Source: the human T2T-CHM13v2.0 reference genome, Homo sapiens
Assembly: GCF_009914755.1 (NCBI RefSeq)
Contig: NC_060948.1
Strand: one strand, 5' to 3'
Length of the DNA stretch: 64,000 bases
This document shows, in pieces, positions 43,807 through 57,497 of the stretch. Made by a program: the position numbers and the translations under genes. The notes beneath the pieces were generated by a model. That model was given only the letters and a program-made list of their open reading frames with translations, did no database searches and was not told the DNA's origin. Positions within the stretch are counted from its first letter, which is position 1. Every line of letters starts with the position of its first letter.

Positions 43807-45695
43807 TAAATCTATTGGCTAAGTCCAGGTTTGTGAGTTACTATAGTGATTGTGTACTTAACCAAGGTACATGTCACAATTTCACCTGTGAGAAGGCACA
43901 AGGCAAGAGAGTCACATCACATGGGTGCTGAGCCAGTGATACAGTATAATCTCATTTGTAGGCTGGGCCTAATGTGAAGAGTCACATCACCTGGGTAAAG
44001 CCTCAAATACTATGTCACCAAGCTCACTATAGAGAAGGAAGAGAAAAAAGGAGAGAATTATTCCACCTAGGTACTGGGATCTGCAATATGTAATAATTCC
44101 TTCTCTTGCCAGAGCCTAGAATATGAAGGACAGTCACATAACCTAGGTTTTGCAATCAGCAGCATGTCACAACTTCTGTGGTGAGCAGGACCCAGGCGGG
44201 AGAGGAGAGTCACATTATCTGGATGTTAAGTCAAACAACATTTTACAATGTCCTCTGGAGGCACAGTACAGGCAGGGGAGACAAATCACCTAGCCTATAG
44301 CCCAAGAGATATGTGATAATATCCCCTGTTTTCAGGGTTCAGGCAGAAGAGTCACATTATTATGATTCTAACCAGTGATATGTAACAATGCACCCATGAG
44401 AAGATATTTAAGCCAAAAATCCTCAACACCTGGGTATTAAGTGAAATAATTTGCCAAATCTTTTCATCCTTGAGAATGATACTATTAACTGTGAGCTGGA
44501 TGTGCATATTAGAATCACAATCTTATGTTTTTCCTTGGCCATTGTATGAAACTCTACACATTCAAAAGCTTTATCCAGCATCAATCAGTGTTGCAAACCA
44601 CTTTGAAGCCTACGTGCTCATACGAATTCATGATCTTGTAATTGCCCTAAACCGAGGTATAATATTCAATATCTTTATTGTAGGCTGCATTCAGGGATGA
44701 GACTCATTATTATTCCTGTGAGCTAGATTAGGGATTAAGGCACCATCCCACCTGTGGCCAGATTCACATATGAAGGTCACTATTCCAACTTTGCTCTGTA
44801 TTAACTTATTAGTCTCATGATCTTAACAGTGGGCTTTGGACATGTGGGATTGTGACAACATTTGCTTTCACCTGGATATATATATAGGAATTCCAATCTG
44901 AACTTTTTGTTGGTCACTATCATGAAACTCTCTGTACCACATAAGGAGTTTATACATTAAGAGTTAGTGTTGTAATGTTCTCTGAGCTTGGTACAAATAT
45001 GCAACTCAGGACTTTACCTATTCCCGTTAGCCTAGTATTGAAAGGCAAAATATCTTCTATAGGATGAATCCCAGTATAAGTTTGAAAATCATGCCAGTGA
45101 ACTGAAGTAATGCATATGTGATGCATTTTGGGGAAAAAACCTAGGTGGGAGGGTAACATCACTTAGGTGCTAGCTATGCCAAGCAATATGTTAAAATGCC
45201 CTCTCTAGGCAGAAAATAGGAATGAGAGTCACATTAAATGTGTGCTGGACTCAGGAATATGACACCATCCAACATGAGGGAAAAAGCAGGCAAGTTATGA
45301 GAGCCAAAACACCTACATAATTGGCCTAGGATATGTCAAAATACCTTCTGTGTCTCTGGCATAGGCATGAGAGTCACATTATCAGGGTGTAGCATTTATA
45401 GTAGGTAGGACAGAGGCAGAAAAGGAGAGTCATTTCTCCTAGGAGTTTCCATAGTTACATGTCACAATCTAACATGGGAGCAGTAATAAGGCAGAAGTGC
45501 CACATTACCCGTGTACAACCTCAAATAATATGTCACCATAGCTAATGTAGACAGGTTTGAAGAGAAAAAAGAGAAGCACACCACCTGGTTGCTCTGCTCA
45601 GCAATATATAGTAATTCCCTCTCATGGCTGAACCCAGGACAAAGAGAAGAATCATGTCACCTAGGTTTTGCAGTACTGGTATGTCACAATTTCTT

Positions 45696-45993
45696 TTTTT
45701 TAAATTTTATTATTATTATACTTTAAGTTTTAGGGTACATGTGCACAATGTACAGGTTTTTTACATATGTATACATGTACCATGTTGGTGTGCTGCACCC
45801 ATTAACTCGTCATTTAGCATTAGGTATATCTCCTAATGCTATCCTTCCCCGCTCCCCCACCCCACAACAATCCCCAGAGTGTGATGTTCCCCTTCCTGTG
45901 TCCATGTGTTCTCATTGTTCAATTCCCACCTATGAGTGAGAATATGCGGTGTTTGGTTTTTTTGTCCTTGCGATAGTTCGCTGAGAATGATGG
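45696..45993 (-). mobile_element. Short 5'-truncated L1PA 3' end, antisense
   Basis: ttattattatactttaagttttagggtacatgtgcac...ctgagaatgatgg. Perfect 21-bp TSD actggtatgtcacaatttctt at 45675-45695 and 45999-46019. Confidence 0.95.
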
Positions 45994-48900
45994 ATGAAAC
46001 TGGTATGTCACAATTTCTTAAGTGGGAAGGATCCAGACAGGAGAGTAGAGTCATATGTCACAATTTCTTAAATGGGCAGGATCCAGGGAGGAAACTAGAA
46101 TCATATAACCTAGATGCTATGTCTAGTGATTTGTAACAGTGTCAATTGCCAGCACGGAACTGGCAGGAGAGACATCTCACCTAGCCAGTAGACTCAGAGA
46201 TATGGGAAAATATACCCTGTTTGCAGGGCCCTGGCAGAAAGTTATCATCATTATCACATTATCGTGTGATAATGATATACCATCATTATACACCATCACA
46301 TTATGATGATTCTGACCCATAATGCCCTTAGGAAAAGGAATTCACTCCAAAAATTCTGAACACCAGGGTACTAGGCCAAGGGACATAACACAATCTCCTG
46401 ATCTTTAATGGTGATATCATTAGTGATCAGGTAGTTGTGTATAGGAGAGTCATAATCTCACATGTGTGCTGGCCATTATGTGACACTCTTTACAACACCT
46501 GAGAACTTTATAAAATATGGATAAGAGCTGCAAACCTCTCTGAGGCCTACATGCTTATATGGACTCATGATCTTGCATATTGCCCTAAACACAGAAATGA
46601 CAGTCAAAATTTCTCCCATAGGCTGGCCTCAGTGATGAGACAATTATCATGTCTGTGAGCTGGATCCAGAAATGAATCACCATGCCACATGTTGACAGAT
46701 TCACTTATGAAAGTCATAATTTCAACTTTGGGCTGTATTCATTTATCAGGACCTCAGCATTGGGCTTTGTAAATGTAGGATGGTAACAAATTTTACACTC
46801 ACCTGAGTGTGTAGTTGAGAGTCACAATCTTCACTTTTTGCTGGGCCCTGTTAAGAAACTCTCTGTACAGCCCAAGAGTTCTTGTGATATCAGTTAGTGT
46901 AGTAAAACTCTGTTAGATTTGTATGAATATGCAATGAAGGACCATCCATATTGACCTAAGCCTGGTGGTTAGAGTCAAAATATCTCCTACTGGCTGAATC
47001 CAAATATAAGCTTAAACATCATCACTTTGAACTGAAGCAATTTGTGGGCAAAAAACTAGGCAGAAGGTTAACATCACTTAGGGGCTAGGCCAAGCAATAT
47101 GTCACAATGCCTTTTCTAGGCAGGGCCTGGGAAAGAGGTGAAATTAACTGGGGGCTGGAGCCAGCAATGTGATACAACCACACAGGGAAGAAACACAATA
47201 AAGTGATGACAGCCAAAACACTTCTAGTATGGAAAAAAGATATGTCAAAGTAACATATGTGGTCCTGCAAAAGAGTCACATCATTAGCGTGCTGGGCCAA
47301 TCAATATGTTCCAATTCCCTCTTTATTCGTGACCTAGGGAGAAAAGTAACATCATCCAGGTACTGGGCCCCAAAATTCAGCAAAAATCCTGTTCATAGGC
47401 ATTGTTCAGCAAGAAGGCGGGAGTCACTTTACGTAAGTCCTGGGCTCATCAATATGTCACACTCTTCCCATTGTAAAGGCCCAGACAGAATAAGAGAGTC
47501 ACATCATGTTAGCCGTGGGCTCAGAGATATGGTTCAATGTCACCAGTCAGAAGGGCTCAGGCAGAAAAAGAGTCTTATCACCAATATGCTCTTTACATAT
47601 ATGTCACAATTTAATATGTGGGCAGAAACCAGGCTGAGGGGCCGCATCACCTGATCCTCAGTCCTGAGATATTCACAAGTCCCCTTAGAAAAAACCCCAG
47701 ACAAGAGACTTACATAACCTAGGTGCAGGTTCCACTCTTTTTGTCACAAAAATCCATGTGAGAAGGGCCAATCAGGAAGTCACCTCACCTAGGTAATAGG
47801 TTCAGAGATATGTCACAAAGCTTTCCTTAAAATATAGCCCTGGCAAAAAGAAGTTGCATCACCACTGTGCCTAGCCTGGCAATATGTCACAACTCAAGCG
47901 GGCAAGTCTCAAGAAGAACAAAATTATCTATATGATACACCCTGTGATGTGCCAAAATGCCCTCTTTTGGGTGTGACCCTGGCAAAAGAGTATCAACAAC
48001 TGTGTGTCTGGCCTTGGTATATGTCACTATTCTGCCCTGTGTGCAGGGCCCATTCTAGAGAGGAGAGTTTCTAAGTAATGGACACAGTGAAATGTCACTA
48101 TGATATCTGTGGATATGGCCCAGGCAAGAATGTAACATCACCTGTGTGCTGGATCCATTGATGTCACCATTATTACCGAGAGGAGGGCCCAGGTAGAAGA
48201 GTCACATCACTTCAAGGTTGGCCCATGTACTTATCAAAATCCCATAAGTAGGATCAAACCAATCTGAAGAGTGAAATCACACAGGTGCTTGACAAAGATT
48301 TATATCACAGTCAAAATGGAAGAAAATTATTGGGACTAGATCTACAATACAACACATATCGTGGTTTCATGTAGAACAGTTACCTTCATCCATGTGATAG
48401 TGAAACTCCTTACTGTCAGGTGGGTGTGCATGTCAGACTCACAATTTCCTCTGTGTGCTAGGCCCTACTATGACACTCTCTATACAACACAAGTTTGTTA
48501 TAAAATATATGTGAGCATTGTAATCTTCTGTGACCTTTTTATCAGAAGGAGATCCTGGATGGCACTCATGTTTCTAAACACAGCTATGAGTCAAAATTTC
48601 TCCTATTAGCTGGGTCCTCATATGAGAGTCATTTTCATGCCTGTTAGCTGTGCCTAGGTATATGTCATTATGTCACCATCCCCTCTGAAGTTATTAAACA
48701 GGTAGGATAGCCACATCACCTTAATATTTTCTTTGTAGGCAGGGACCTAACACAAAATCAGAACACTTGGGTGCTAGGCCCAACTGTATGGCATAATGCC
48801 TCTTATGGAGAGTGTCCATGCAGGAGAGAAGAATCATATTACCTCAATGATGGGCCCAGAAATATGTCACATGACTCATGTTGAAAGGGCCCAGGCAAGA

Positions 48901-50780
48901 GATTCATGTCTTTTGGATACAGTGCTTAAAATGCTACACTTCTCATTGGAAGTAGGGTTCAGGCAGTAGAGGAGACACATAACCTAGACAGTGCGTCTAG
49001 AGATATGTTATAATATTTTCTGCAAAAACTGTTAACACAGGAGAGTCAAATTAACGAGGTTCTTGGCACAGGTCTATGTCAAAATGTCATCTGTGGGCTA
49101 TAACTAGGCAGGATTATTAAATCACGCAGGAGCTGGGCAAAGGTACATGTTACAATAACACCTGTGGAAAGGTTCAGTGATGAGAGTCACCATCCTGCAC
49201 ATGTCCTGGATCCAGGTACAAGAGTCATTATTAGGCCTTTGTTGTGGTCTCAGGTATATGGCTCAATATCACCTGTGGGCAGGGAGAAGAAAGGAAAGTC
49301 ACATCGCTTGAATGGGTGTTGGTCTAGTGAAATGTCACCAGCCTCCTTGTGGGCAGGACCCTGGAAGAAGAGTCACATCATGTGGATTCTGGTAGCAGTG
49401 ATATATCTGAATCCACACTGTGGGTAGTGCTTAGGAAGGAGAGGAGACGAACTTCACATAGACTATTAGTCTTCATATGTGTAAAATGGCACCTATGTGC
49501 AGGACAAAGGCAGGAGAGTGACCTCATCTTGGTGCTGAGTTCAGCAATATGTCACAATGTCTCTGGTGGTCAGAGCCCAGACAAGAGAAAAGAAACATCA
49601 CCTAGGTGCTGAGCCAAGTGATATGTTACAATGCTTTCTATTGGCAGAACACTCCTCCCCCCAAAAAAAGAGTCACATCATCTGGGTACAGGACGCTGTA
49701 TTGTCACAATGCGCTATAAGGGCAGAAGCAAGGCAGTAGAAGAAAGTCACATCATTTTACACGATGGACCTAGATAAAAGCCACGATGCTCTTTTTAGGC
49801 AGGGTTCAGGCCAAGATTTTACATTAGCTGGTTGTTGGTACCAGTGATATGTAGAAGTGCCCTTTGTTGCATTGACAAAGAAGGTGCTATATAATGCTTA
49901 GGTGCTTGGTGCATGTATGTCACAGTTTGAACTGTGCTATGGGCCTAGAAAACAGGGTGAAAACCTTCAGAGGCAGGTCAAAGTCATACTTCTCAATCAT
50001 ACACTTGAAAATGTTCAGAAATAAGTTTGACAGTCCCACAAAAGTCCTGGCTTCAGGCATGTGAATGAACACCTCCTATAAGTTGGGTTCAAGTACTACA
50101 GGAGTCACTATCTCAACAATGGGTAAGATCCATATATAAGAGCCCCAATCCCACTTAAAGATTGTGGTCCAGTAGGAGAGTCAAAACACTGCAAGTCTGC
50201 TGAATCATAATTCAAAAGCCACCAAGCCACCTGTGGGTCATATTCATGTATGAATGTAACAATTTCAAGCTTCTACTGTGTACGTGTGTGAGATTTAGTA
50301 CCCTATTCCTAGGCTTTGCTCATGTATGAGAGTGACAATCGTGTCAGCTGTGTGTGGATCCAAGAGCCACAATAGCACCTAGGTGTCGGTGCCTGTTATG
50401 ACACTATTTGTGTCACTCAGGTTTTATATGATATGCCTGAGTAAGTAGCATACTTCCCTCTGAATTCTTACAGGTAGAACATCTAGAACTTTACCCATGG
50501 CCATAAGACTGGCTATGAGAGTTGATATATTTCCCCTGGTGGGGTCTAGGTATGAGACATATTATTGTGCATATGAGCTAAATCCAGGTTTATGTCACAA
50601 TCTCACTTTTGGATAGAAATATGACAGAAGAGTCACATCATCTGGGTAATGAGCCAGGGAAACATTTTAACCTCCTTTGTAGGCAGGAGCCATGCAGAAG
50701 AGTCATAGAGCATGGATAAAGTCTCCAACAATATGTCATCATGCCCACTGTATACAGGGCTGAGAAAAAAGCGGATACTC

Positions 50781-51102
50781 GGCTGGGCATGTGGCTCATG
50801 CCTGTAATCTCAGCACTTTGGGAGGCTAAGTTGATTTGATCACCTGAGTTCAGGAGTTCAAGACCAACCTGACCAAGATGGTGAAACACCGTCTGTACTA
50901 AAAATATATAAAAAAATAGCTGGGTGAGGTGGCAAGTGCCTGTAATCCTACCTACTTGGGAGGCAGAGGCAGGAGAATCGCTTGAAACTAGAAGGCGAGG
51001 TTGCAAAGAGCTGAGATTGTGCCCTTGCACTGCAGTGTGGGTGATAACAGCAAAACTCCATTTCAAGGGAAAAAAAAATATATATATATAGTGGATATAT
51101 AT
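50781..51102 (+). mobile_element. Alu (AluS-like) with (TA)n-degenerate tail
   Basis: ggctgggcatgtggctcatgcctgtaatc...gatcacctgagttcaggagttc. Flanks gcggatactc / gtggatagtc. Confidence 0.92.
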
Positions 51103-54100
51103 ATCGTGGATAGTCACACGCTCTGGGTGCTGGGCTCAGCAATATGTTATAATTACCTCTTCCGGCAGAGTGCAGGACAAAAGAGAGTCACATCACCTAG
51201 GTTTTCCACTCAGTGGTATGTCACAATTTCATCACTGGACAGGATTCAGGCAGGAGAGGAGAGTCATATTACTTAGATGCTAGATCTAGCGATATGTCAC
51301 AGTGTCCCCTGTGGGTAGGGCACTGGCAGGAAAGACACATCATCTAGTTAATAGTCCAGAGATATGTGATAATATTCCCTGTTCCCTGAGTTCAAGTAGA
51401 AGAGTCACATTGTTATCATTCTGACTCAGTGATATTTCTCAATGCACCCATGGGAAAGAACTGAAATAACATAGTCTCAACACCGGGTTACTAGTTCTAG
51501 TGACGTGACACAATCACCTTATCTTTTAGGGTAGCACCTTTAATTGTTAGCTTGGTGTGTATATGTAAGAGTCACAATCTCACATGTGTTCTTCTTCAGC
51601 TTATAACACAGTCTAAAACATCTGAAGGCTTTATGCAACATGAATGTGAATTGCAAACCATTCTAAGGCCTATGTGCTCATATTGACCCAAAATCTTACA
51701 TATTGCCCTAAATTCAGTTATGATAGTTAACATCTCTCTTATAGGCTGGGTTCAGACAGGACACATCTTGTTATGTCTGTGACCTGGTTTCAGAAAATAA
51801 TCACTATGTGACATGTACCAAGATCCACAGATGAAAGTCACAATTCCATCTTTCTAATTTATTTATTTGCTAGACTAAGACCTTCAACAGTGGGCTTGTT
51901 AATGTGAGATAGTGACAACTTTTGCTCCCACCTGCATGTGTAATCAAGAGTCACAACCTTAACCTTGTGCTGGGCCCTGTTATGAAGGTCTGTGTACCAG
52001 CAAAGGAGTTTACAGTGTATGAGTTATTATTGTAAACATCTGTGAGCTTTGAACACTATGCAACTCATAACCTTATATATTGCATTAAGCTTACTGATGA
52101 GAGACAAAATACCTATGACAGGTGGAATCCCAATTTAAGTTTGATTATCATGCCTGTGAAATGAAGCAACATAAAATTTATAATCCCATTCACAGAAAAA
52201 TAAACTTGGCAGGAGTGTAGCATAATTTAGCTGCTGTGAATATGTCACAATGCTTTCTCTAGGCAGGGTCTAGTAATGAGGGTTACATTAACTGTGTGCT
52301 GGAACCAACAATATGACACAATGCTATATACATATATAAAACAACCCAGACAAATGTTGAGAGCAAAACCCCTAGAGATTTGCCGAAGGTATGTAAAAAT
52401 ACTTTCTGTTGCACTGGCACAGGCAGGAGAGTTATATCATCAGGGTGGGGGGCCCAGCAATATGCCATAATTCTCTCTTTATGCAGGACACAGGTAGAAG
52501 AGAAATGTCATCTGTGTACTGGGTCCTGCAATACATCCAACATCCTTTTCATGAGCATGGTTTGGGAAAAAAAAAGAAGAGTCACATTACCCAAGGATTG
52601 GGCTTAGCAATATGTCACATCATCCCATTGTAAAGACTCAGGCAGAAGAAAAGAGTCACATCACATAGGACACGGGCCCAGATATATGGCCCAGTGTCCC
52701 AAGAAGGCATTGGTCAGGCAGAATAGAAGAGTCATATCATGTAGGTGCTTCCCTAGGTATATGACACAATCTAATATGTGAGTTGAAGCCAGGCAGATGA
52801 GTCAAATCAGCTTGATGGTAGGTCTATAGATATGCTGCATGTCTCCTTAAGAAAAGACCCAGGTCAGAGAGCTACAACAAATACTTGCAGGTTCTGACCT
52901 TATGTCACAATGCTCCTTGTGGATAGGGCTCCAGCAGGGAGTCACATCACCTAGGTGATAGACCTAGAGACATATCACAGTGTCATCCTTGTGGCATGGT
53001 CCTTGTGAAAGAGCTCCATCTCCTGTTTGCCCGGCCTAGCAATATGTCACTATCAAGGTAAGCAGGATCCAAGGTGGACAGCAACATCACCTATGTGATA
53101 GGCCCAGAGATTTTTCACAGTGCCCTCTTCAGGACACAGCATTAGCAAAAGAGTACCATCACCTGTGTGTCTGGCCCAGCCATATGTCACTATCTTCCAC
53201 TGTGTACAAGGCTCATTCTAATGAACAGAGTTATATCACCTAAGTGGTTGAAACAGTGATATGTCACAATTATTCATTTGCATGTTGCTCAGTCAAAAAT
53301 GTAACATAATCTGGGTGCTGGATCTAGTGATATGTCACGATTCTTACGGAGAGAAAGGCCCAGGCAGGAGAGTCACATCACCTAGAGGCTGGCCCAGGTA
53401 GATATCATAATGATATATGTGGGCTGGAACCAGTCTGGGGAGTCAAATCACACAGGTGCTGGGCAAAGATTTATACCACAATCACACTGGCAGAAAATTC
53501 CTGAGTTGAGATTTACAATACTACACATGTTCTGTTTTCATGGGTGACAGTTGGCTTTATATATGTGAGAGGGTGACAGTCCTTACTTTCAGCTGGGTGT
53601 GCATATGAAACTCATAATTTCACCTTTCTGCTTGGTTCCATTATTACACTCTCTGTACAAACCAAGGGCTTTATAAAATATCTGAGGCTATAATAATCTT
53701 CTGTAGCCTCCTTTTCTATCAGAAAGAGATTTAATCACTGATGTTTCTAAAGCAAGTTAGGAAACTCAAAATTACTCCTATTTGTGGGATCTATATATGA
53801 TGGTCATTATTATTCCTGTGAGCTGTAACTAGTAAATTGTGTGTATCACAATTTACTCTGTGATAACGAAAGAGTTACAACAGCCAAGCCACTTAAATGC
53901 TGAGCCAGAAATGCCTATTGTTGTCAGTGTCCAGGCAGAAGAGGAGAGAATATTACCTCAATGATAGGACCAGATATGTTTCAAAATGTCTCCTGTTGAA
54001 AGGACTAGGCAAGAGAGTCATATGATTTGAATGGAGTGCTTATAAATGCTACAATCCCCAGTAGTACCAGAGTTCAGGCAGGAGAGGAAAGTCTGGGTAA

Positions 54101-55800
54101 CCTAGATAATGGATGCAGAGACATGTTACATCCTTCCTGAAGGTATTGTTAAGACATGAGAATCTAATCAGCAAGGTGCTCAGCATAGGTGAATGTCTAA
54201 ATATTATGTGTGGGCTACACCTCAAAAATTGATTAAATCACTGAGAAAGTTGGGTAAAGGTATATGTCACAAAAACACAGGTGGAAAGTTCCAGGAATGG
54301 GAATCACCATCATGCATATATCTTGACTCCAGGTTTAAGAGACATGATTAGTCCTCTTATCTTGTCTCAGGCATATGGCACAATATGACCTGTGGGCATA
54401 CAGAAAGCAGGAACGTCACATCCCCTGGGTGAGTGCTGGTCCAGTGAGATGTCACAATTCTTCTTGTGGGCAAGACCCTGAAAGAAGAGTCACATCACCT
54501 GGATGCTGGTTTTAGTGATACATCAAAACTCCCCCTGTGGGCAGGGCATAGGAAGGTGAGGAGACTCACTTCACCTAAGCAATGGGCCTAGATATATATC
54601 ACAATGGCCGTTATGTGCAGGAGCAAGGTATGAAAGTGACTTCCTCTTGCTTTATTTAGCAATATATCACAATCTCTCCTGTGTTCAGTGTGAGGCAAAA
54701 GAGGAGCAACATCACCTAGGTGCTGAGCCAAGTGACATGCTATAAAGCTTCCTATTGTCAGAACCACAAACTCAGAGTAGCATCACCTGGGTGCAGTACT
54801 GAGTTATGTGTCACAATGCACCATAAGTGGAGGGCCAAGGCAGAAGAAGGGAGTCACATCACTTACATGATGAACCTAGATACAATCCACAATGCTTTTT
54901 ATAGACAGGGATTAGGCAAAATTTCACATCACCTAGGTGCTGGTCCAAATGATATATAAAAGTGCTCTTTGTAGGCAGGTCCAGGCAAATTTTCTTAGGT
55001 GTATGGTCCACATATCTCACAATTTTATCTGTGGTCATTGCCTAAAAAGGAGAGTAAAGTTATTCAGGAGCTGGGTTAACTTTTATGTCCTAATCACACA
55101 CTAAGAAATATTCAGAAATACGTTTCAAAGTCCCAAACATGTCCTGGCTTCGTGTATTTCAGTCAACATATCTTGTGAGTTGGGTCAAATCAGAGGAGTC
55201 ACAATTACAGCAATGGGCAAGATCCACTTATAAGATGTCCAATCACACATGAAGATTGTGTTGCAGTAGGGGAGTCATAGCCTCATAGGTGAAAGTCCTT
55301 ACTGTCAGCTGAGTGTGATATGAGACTCACAATTTTACCTTTCCTCTAGGTTCTGTTATGCCACTCCATACAAGGCAAGGGCTTTGTAAAGTATCTGAGG
55401 CTATTATAATCTTACGAGACCTTTTTACCAGAAAGAGATCAAAGACATTACTCTTGTTTCTAAAGCAAGTTACAAGAATCAAAATTACTCCTATTTGTGG
55501 GGTCCACATATGATACTCATTATCAGGTCTGTGAGTTGTGCCTAGGTATATGTCAAAATTTACTCTGTGGTAATGAAAAAGGCCCGACAGCTACATAACC
55601 TAAATGCAGAGGCAGGAATTGTTCCAATAGTTTCCTCATAGGCAAGCTCCTGACAGAAAAGCCCTATAACTTTGGAGCTATGCCCAACTGTATGGCACAA
55701 TGTCCTTTGTGGGCAGTGTCCAGGCTGAAGAGGAGAATCATATAATGTAAATGACAGGCCCCAAGTACGTCACAATGCCTCCTGTTGAAAGGGCGAGGCA

Positions 55801-56840
55801 TGTATGTTTTCTAATTATAGTCATTTTAACTGGAGTGGCTTGGTATCTTATTGTGGCTTTGATTTGCAGTTTTCTATGAATAAATAATGATGAGCATCTT
55901 TGCATGAACTTGGTCACTTTTGTCTTCTTTGGAGAAATGTCATTTAAGCTCTCTTGCCTATTATTAAATTTTGTGTTATTTTTGCTGTTAAGTTTGTTGT
56001 ATATTCTGTATCTTTTCCCTGTGTCATATGTATATTTTGCAAATTATTATTCTATGCTGAAAATTGTCCCTTTACTCTGCTATTTTTGCTATGTAAATAT
56101 TGTTTAGATTCTGGTGATTTCACTTGTCTGCTTTTGCTTTTGTTGCCTGTGCTTTTGAGGTCCGATTTAAAATATTTTTCCCTCTCCTATTTGGTAAATA
56201 ATTTCTCCATGTTTTATTCAAATACTTTTATAGGTGTCAGTTTTATATTTAAATCTTTTTTATTTTTATGTAAGTTCTTTTATGGTAACAGGTAGGCACC
56301 TAGTTGTTTTCATTTAATCAATTTTCCTTGACACTGTTCATTGAAACTACTGTCTTGCCTTAAATGCATACACTAAACAACTTAAAAATTACTTGGCAAT
56401 AGGTTTATTAACTGATTATTGTGATCACTGCATACTTTGGTCTATATGTCTGTTTTCCATGCCAATATCATTCTTTCTTGTTATTAGTTTTGTCATATAT
56501 TTTGAAGTCAGTTAGTCTGATGCTTTCAGCTTTATTTTTTTCACAAAATTTCTTTGGCTATTTGGGAAGTTATTTTGTTCCTTATAAATTTTAGGCCTGC
56601 TTTTTCCATTTCTGTGAAAAAAAAAAAGTCATTGGTGTTTTTGTAGGCTTTGCACTGCATCTGTAGATTGCTTTGAGTAGCATAGCCACTTTAATAATAT
56701 TTTTTATAACTCATGAGCAAAAAAATTGCTAAAATTTTTCATTTTTTTAGTTTCTTCATCAGTGTTGTATAATTTATAGTGTAGAGGGCGGTTTATCTTT
56801 TTAATTAAGTTTATGGCTAGCCACCTTTATCTTTTATTTT
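55801..56840 (-). mobile_element. Old L1 (L1MA/L1PB-like) ORF2 3' region, antisense
   Basis: cattttaactggagtgg...tggtatcttattgtggctttgatttgc, tcttctttggagaaatgtc and catctgtagattgctttg. Confidence 0.85.
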
Positions 56841-56849
56841 AGGTGCACT

Positions 56850-57335
56850 AAAATATTTGGAAAATTTTAACATGCCTTTGTGATTAAAACAACTGAATAA
56901 ATTAGGTGTAGATAGTATTTACCTCAAAACAATTAAGGTAACATATGAAAAATCAAGACCTGATATCACACTGAACAGAGAAAGAAGAAATCTTTTTATT
57001 TAAGATCTAGAACAAGACGATGATGTCTACTTTTACCACTTTTATTGAACAGAGTACTGGAAATCTCAGCCAGATCACTTATGCAAGAGAAAGAAATAAA
57101 ATACATCCAAATAAAAAAGAGAAAATTTAATTATCTCTGCAGATTACATAATTGTTTATATAGGAAAGTTTAAATACTACACTAAAAAGCTTGAAAACAA
57201 AGAAATTTAATAAAGTGGCAGACTACCAAATTAAACTACAATAATTAGTAGTAGCATTTTTACATGCCAAGAATAAGCCATTTGGAAAATAAATTCAAGA
57301 AAAAAAATCATTCTCAACAGCTGTAAAATTAAAAG
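56850..57335 (+). mobile_element. Old L1 ORF2 RT-region fragment, sense (probable inverted 5' part of the preceding L1)
   Basis: taagatctagaacaagacga...agtactggaaatctcagccag...gcaagagaaagaaataaa...tctgcagattacataat. Confidence 0.8.
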
Positions 57336-57497
57336 TCTTACTTCATTTTATGTTCATTGTTGTAATGAACCTTACCCCAACATTTTTTATCATTTAGATG
57401 TTCAGTGTTCTTCAAGCCATTTGTTAGTCAGACTGTGCCTTTCTCATTCTGAGTGACATAGACAGAAAATAGCCAAGGAAACTTTTAACATTGTGAG

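Larger units (their letters stand above)
30645..55800 (+). repeat. Degenerate beta-satellite (BSR-type) array, main block part 2
   Basis: Same motifs and modules as 10310-21450, with kilobase-scale collinear paralogy between blocks. Confidence 0.88.

Noticed and set aside
30745-55509. Numerous 60-159 aa ORFs in the satellite as real proteins
   Set aside because: Starts and stops are not conserved between sister units. Even the BPY2-like blocks mostly carry stops or frameshifts, so no CDS is called.
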